From Cyanobacteria bacterium auto_48_18 (lineage in GTDB: Bacteria > Cyanobacteriota > Vampirovibrionia > Obscuribacterales > Obscuribacteraceae): a stretch of 64,000 nucleotides of DNA. Each line of letters opens with the position of its first letter. Positions within the stretch are counted from its first letter, which is position 1. A program made the position numbers and the translations under genes. The notes beneath the pieces were generated by a model. The model made no database searches. It was given only the letters and a program-made list of their open reading frames with translations, and was not told the DNA's origin. The stretch spans positions 96,001 to 160,000 of the forward strand of contig JAVHQC010000010.1 in the NCBI GenBank assembly GCA_036170915.1. The letters run 5' to 3'. Positions 60,949 to 64,000 of the stretch are shown here, in pieces.

Positions 60949-62424
60949 ATGAAGCCCCTGATTGCATTTCTCTGCATATTTTTCGCCAGTCTCAGCATCT
61001 GCGCTATTCCAGCACAGGGCGGGAAAGACGCGATTATTGCCCCGCGGGCTCTGGTGTCTGCAAAGAATGATGCCGCAGCCAAATCATTGCATGCGCAGGC
61101 AAAGGCCGAGGAAAAGAAAGGTAATCATAAAAAAGCAATTGAGGCCTGTACGAAGGCTATTGGTTACAACCCTTCATTCTCAGAAGCATATTTTTGGCGG
61201 GCACTCTGTCGCTCCAGCATCGGAGATATTCAGGGGTCTATAGAAGACAATATCAAAGCGATCAAGCTCGACCCTGAATGCGCGGGGGCGTTTGCTAACT
61301 TAGGCGCCGATTTAGACGATAAAAATGATTACAGGGGTGCGATTGCTAACTACTCTTGGGCCATCAAGATCAGGCCTAGCTGGAGTTCTACCTATTTCAA
61401 CAGAGGCCTTGCATTTGAATCTTTAAATGACTACCAAGCCGCTGTTTCTGATTACACCAGGGCAATCGAGCTAAATCCGAATTTTACCGACGCCTATGGT
61501 TGCCGCGGAAGCGCTTATTTAATCTTAAATGATGCGCAAAAGGCAATTGCCGATTATTCTCACGTGATTAAAGACCGGCCTCAGCAAGCCTCCAGCTATA
61601 ACAACCGGGGTCATGCCCTAGCGTGCATTGGAAATTACCAAGCCGCAATAGCAGATTTCAACAAAGCCGTTGAACTAGACCGCAATCTAACGCAGCCCTA
61701 TGTTAATCGTGCATCGTGCAATTCATTAGTTGGAAATTTCAAAGGTGCTCTCAGCGATTATGACAAGGCAATTCAATTATCTCCAAATGATTGCACCATT
61801 TACTGCAGCAGAGGAGAATTACTAGCGTCTCACGGCGAGACAAAAAACGCATCTGCTGATTTCAACCATGCGCTTGCCTTAAACAAGCGCTGCGGCGATG
61901 CTTATGACGGTCTAGGTATGTTGAAATCTCAAGCTGGGGATCACAAAGGAGCGTTGTCGCTTTTCACACGCGGCATCGGCGCCGAACCGCAAAACTTCAA
62001 GTGCTATTACGACAGAGGCTATGAGCTTCTTCTGCTTAGGCGCGCATATGAAGCACTACAGGATTTTAACCGCGTAGTCCAATTGTGTCCAAAAAAATCG
62101 AGTTCTTATGCCAGTCGAGGCTTTTATCTTCATTTGGTTGGTAACTATCCTGCGGTGACCGATCTTGATTTTGCCATATATTTAGATTCAAAATCCGCAG
62201 CCTCGTATCACACCCGCGCAAAATGTCGATTGAAACTGGGCGATGAAACTGGAGCTGCAAGCGACTACGCAGTGGCTTGTAAGCTTGATTCGAAATATCT
62301 CAATGAGCCGATTAAGGGACTCGACTGTTGCGCGAAAACTGAAATGCTCGAGCGCGTAGTAAAGCCTATTGGTCAAGCAGCTTCTCGTGTGCAGGGTTAC
62401 TTCGAGGCAGTCCTGAGGCGTTAA
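60949..62424 (+). CDS. Exported TPR-repeat protein (tandem paralogue)
   Basis: Signal peptide; TPRs; shared RAKCRLxxGDxxGAASDYxxACKL C-terminus. Confidence 0.92.
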   Translation: MKPLIAFLCIFFASLSICAIPAQGGKDAIIAPRALVSAKNDAAAKSLHAQAKAEEKKGNHKKAIEACTKAIGYNPSFSEAYFWRALCRSSIGDIQGSIEDNIKAIKLDPECAGAFANLGADLDDKNDYRGAIANYSWAIKIRPSWSSTYFNRGLAFESLNDYQAAVSDYTRAIELNPNFTDAYGCRGSAYLILNDAQKAIADYSHVIKDRPQQASSYNNRGHALACIGNYQAAIADFNKAVELDRNLTQPYVNRASCNSLVGNFKGALSDYDKAIQLSPNDCTIYCSRGELLASHGETKNASADFNHALALNKRCGDAYDGLGMLKSQAGDHKGALSLFTRGIGAEPQNFKCYYDRGYELLLLRRAYEALQDFNRVVQLCPKKSSSYASRGFYLHLVGNYPAVTDLDFAIYLDSKSAASYHTRAKCRLKLGDETGAASDYAVACKLDSKYLNEPIKGLDCCAKTEMLERVVKPIGQAASRVQGYFEAVLRR

Positions 62425-62523
62425 CACATATCGCTTAAGCTTGATTGAGAATCAAGGATCACGAAATGAGTAATCAACAACAAAAAGTAATCTGGACGTT
62501 CGCTTTCAACAGCAAATGACGCA

Positions 62524-62982
62524 TTAAACTGCTGCTTCTGATTTCGTCCTATGAGCCACTAACATGGCAACAGACCAAGTAAAAGGTAATATCAGACTGA
62601 GAAAACTCAAAATCGTAATTGCTTTAAAAGTCGTTGCTCCACGATTCTTGGCGATGTGAACTGGTAGCGCCAGTAGTGCCAGGCTAGCGACCATAACTAA
62701 AAACGCTAAGAAGCCGCACGAAATTCCGGCGGTAAGAGCCAATGCTCCATGCTCGCCCAATGTTTGATGTAGAGGAATGCAGGCGGTCAAATATCCGGCA
62801 CCGATCAGTGCTATGCCGATAAGAGCGTACTTAGAACTAGTCGCCCACTGTTTGATGAATAGAAGTAAGAAGGATGCAAAAAGAAACATCAGGCCGTTGC
62901 GTATACCAGCTATTTCAGATACGTTAGCAAAAATATTGAAGAGGGCTTCCATATTGCCGACTTGGGGCAGTGATTGTTCCAT
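62524..62982 (-). CDS. Membrane protein with C-terminal superinfection-immunity (T4 Imm)-like segment
   Basis: GAGGA RBS then ATG 62982; LALPVHIAKNRG...AITILSFLSLILPFTWSVAML. Confidence 0.55.
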   Translation of the reverse strand: MEQSLPQVGNMEALFNIFANVSEIAGIRNGLMFLFASFLLLFIKQWATSSKYALIGIALIGAGYLTACIPLHQTLGEHGALALTAGISCGFLAFLVMVASLALLALPVHIAKNRGATTFKAITILSFLSLILPFTWSVAMLVAHRTKSEAAV

Positions 62983-63079
62983 GATTCCTCGCAACCCAAT
63001 GAGTCAAAACCTTTAGAATACTCCCCTTTAAGTCGTACCGATAGTAGGCCGCAAATGAGAACGGCAAGAAAGACGGGAG

Positions 63080-63634
63080 CTACGGTGTGTTGCTAACATT
63101 CTCGCGTGCATCCAGGTCGTAAACAGAGATCACTTGCCCTTTCTCAAGTTTATTATTTGCACACCTGCCAATTGCCATATATGCTGCAGTGATCGCACCA
63201 TGACTAATTCTACTTTGTGGTATCTCGATAGCGACCACATTATCCCTGGTAAATTTGCTCCCGGCATTTACATCAGCTAAAGCGCAAACAACTGGTCCGT
63301 AGCCATCATCAATCGATTTTGGATCAACTAAATCACGCGTTAGCCTAGAATCCTTTGGCACGGCAGCCAATGTAGGTTGGCCAATCACTCTCGATTGATC
63401 AAAAATGTGTTTTGATTCTTCCTCTGCGTTGCCAGGCTTGAAGTCTATGCGGGTCACCTTATTCTCGGTGATTATCTCTCCTTTTGCTAAATCCTGAGTT
63501 GTGATGATGGCTACCTGTGGAAGCGCGTAATTGATCATGTCAATTCTGGTAAGAATAGTTCGACTTGGTGCACAACCGACGACTGTGACTGCTGACAAAA
63601 TTGAAACTGTAAGAACGGCAAACTGAGTTTTCAT
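63080..63634 (-). CDS. Lipoprotein with two SAF domains
   Basis: VVGC lipobox; TTQDLAKGEIIT..VIGQPT and ALADVNAGSKFT..AIGRCANNKLEKGQVI. Confidence 0.78.
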   Translation of the reverse strand: MKTQFAVLTVSILSAVTVVGCAPSRTILTRIDMINYALPQVAIITTQDLAKGEIITENKVTRIDFKPGNAEEESKHIFDQSRVIGQPTLAAVPKDSRLTRDLVDPKSIDDGYGPVVCALADVNAGSKFTRDNVVAIEIPQSRISHGAITAAYMAIGRCANNKLEKGQVISVYDLDARENVSNTP

Positions 63635-63709
63635 TTGCTGAAATTACCAAAAGATAGCTGATGACAATAAAATCTAAGCGCTTCGCCGCAGACGCGGTTC
63701 ATAAACAAA

Positions 63710-64000
63710 TTAGTCTCTCAATATTCTTGCCTCAGCAACACAATCGTCTTTAAATTTCAAGCCAAGCCACTCCGAGTCTAGGCCCCACCCTCGCTCTGGT
63801 CCCAACCAATAGACATAGTCGTAATCTTTAAAGTAACCCGAACTGGGTGGCACACTCAACAGCTCATCTATATGCGCTCGAGACATTCCAACTAAATGGT
63901 GCCGGCTCAACAGGTCATCTATCATCCATAGACGTTCGGGACTAGAAGAATCTTCTTTTACCAGCTGCTTCCACCTAACAGAATTAAACGGCTTTACGTG
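63710..64000 (-). CDS. Hypothetical protein, SmpA/OmlA-like (5' end outside window)
   Basis: Frame open to the window end (HVKPFNSVRWKQ...); LVGMSRAHIDELLSVP, YVYWLG. Confidence 0.65.
   Translation of the reverse strand, partial: HVKPFNSVRWKQLVKEDSSSPERLWMIDDLLSRHHLVGMSRAHIDELLSVPPSSGYFKDYDYVYWLGPERGWGLDSEWLGLKFKDDCVAEARILRD

Noticed and set aside
62440..62456. CTTGATT-gag-AATCAAG hairpin after TPR gene 2
   Set aside because: Short AT-rich stem with no U-tract; too weak to call a terminator

Overview
Gene-dense bacterial chromosomal window with about 55 CDS in the standard genetic code (many genes end normally at TAG). I found no rRNA, tRNA, CRISPR array, transposase or integrase. The gene content (cyanobacterial-type transaldolase, Cph1/Rcp1-like signalling pair without photosensory domains, Ser/Thr kinase-TM-LRR protein, expanded LRR and TPR paralogues, orphan proteins with disordered N-termini) suggests a non-photosynthetic Cyanobacteria relative such as Melainabacteria/Vampirovibrionia; this is inference only. 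Recognisable modules are tal, a Rieske oxygenase divergent from a sugar operon (class I aldolase, lyxose-isomerase cupin, HAD, MFS), an SLC18/VMAT-like MFS with a Tat-exported flavin amine oxidase, ada-alkA plus ogt beside a sulfite oxidase/TPMT-like methyltransferase pair, a TolC-MFP-RND efflux operon, a PAS two-component cluster and tandem TPR genes. The most interesting leads are the VMAT-like transporter/amine oxidase pair, a candidate pseudoknotted RNA at 26282-26365, two cryptic proteases with disordered leaders, a conserved 49-bp leader shared by duplicated TPR genes, an LRR module shared by secreted proteins and a receptor-like kinase, and several degenerate signalling proteins. All family assignments come from motif recognition by eye; no searches were run.
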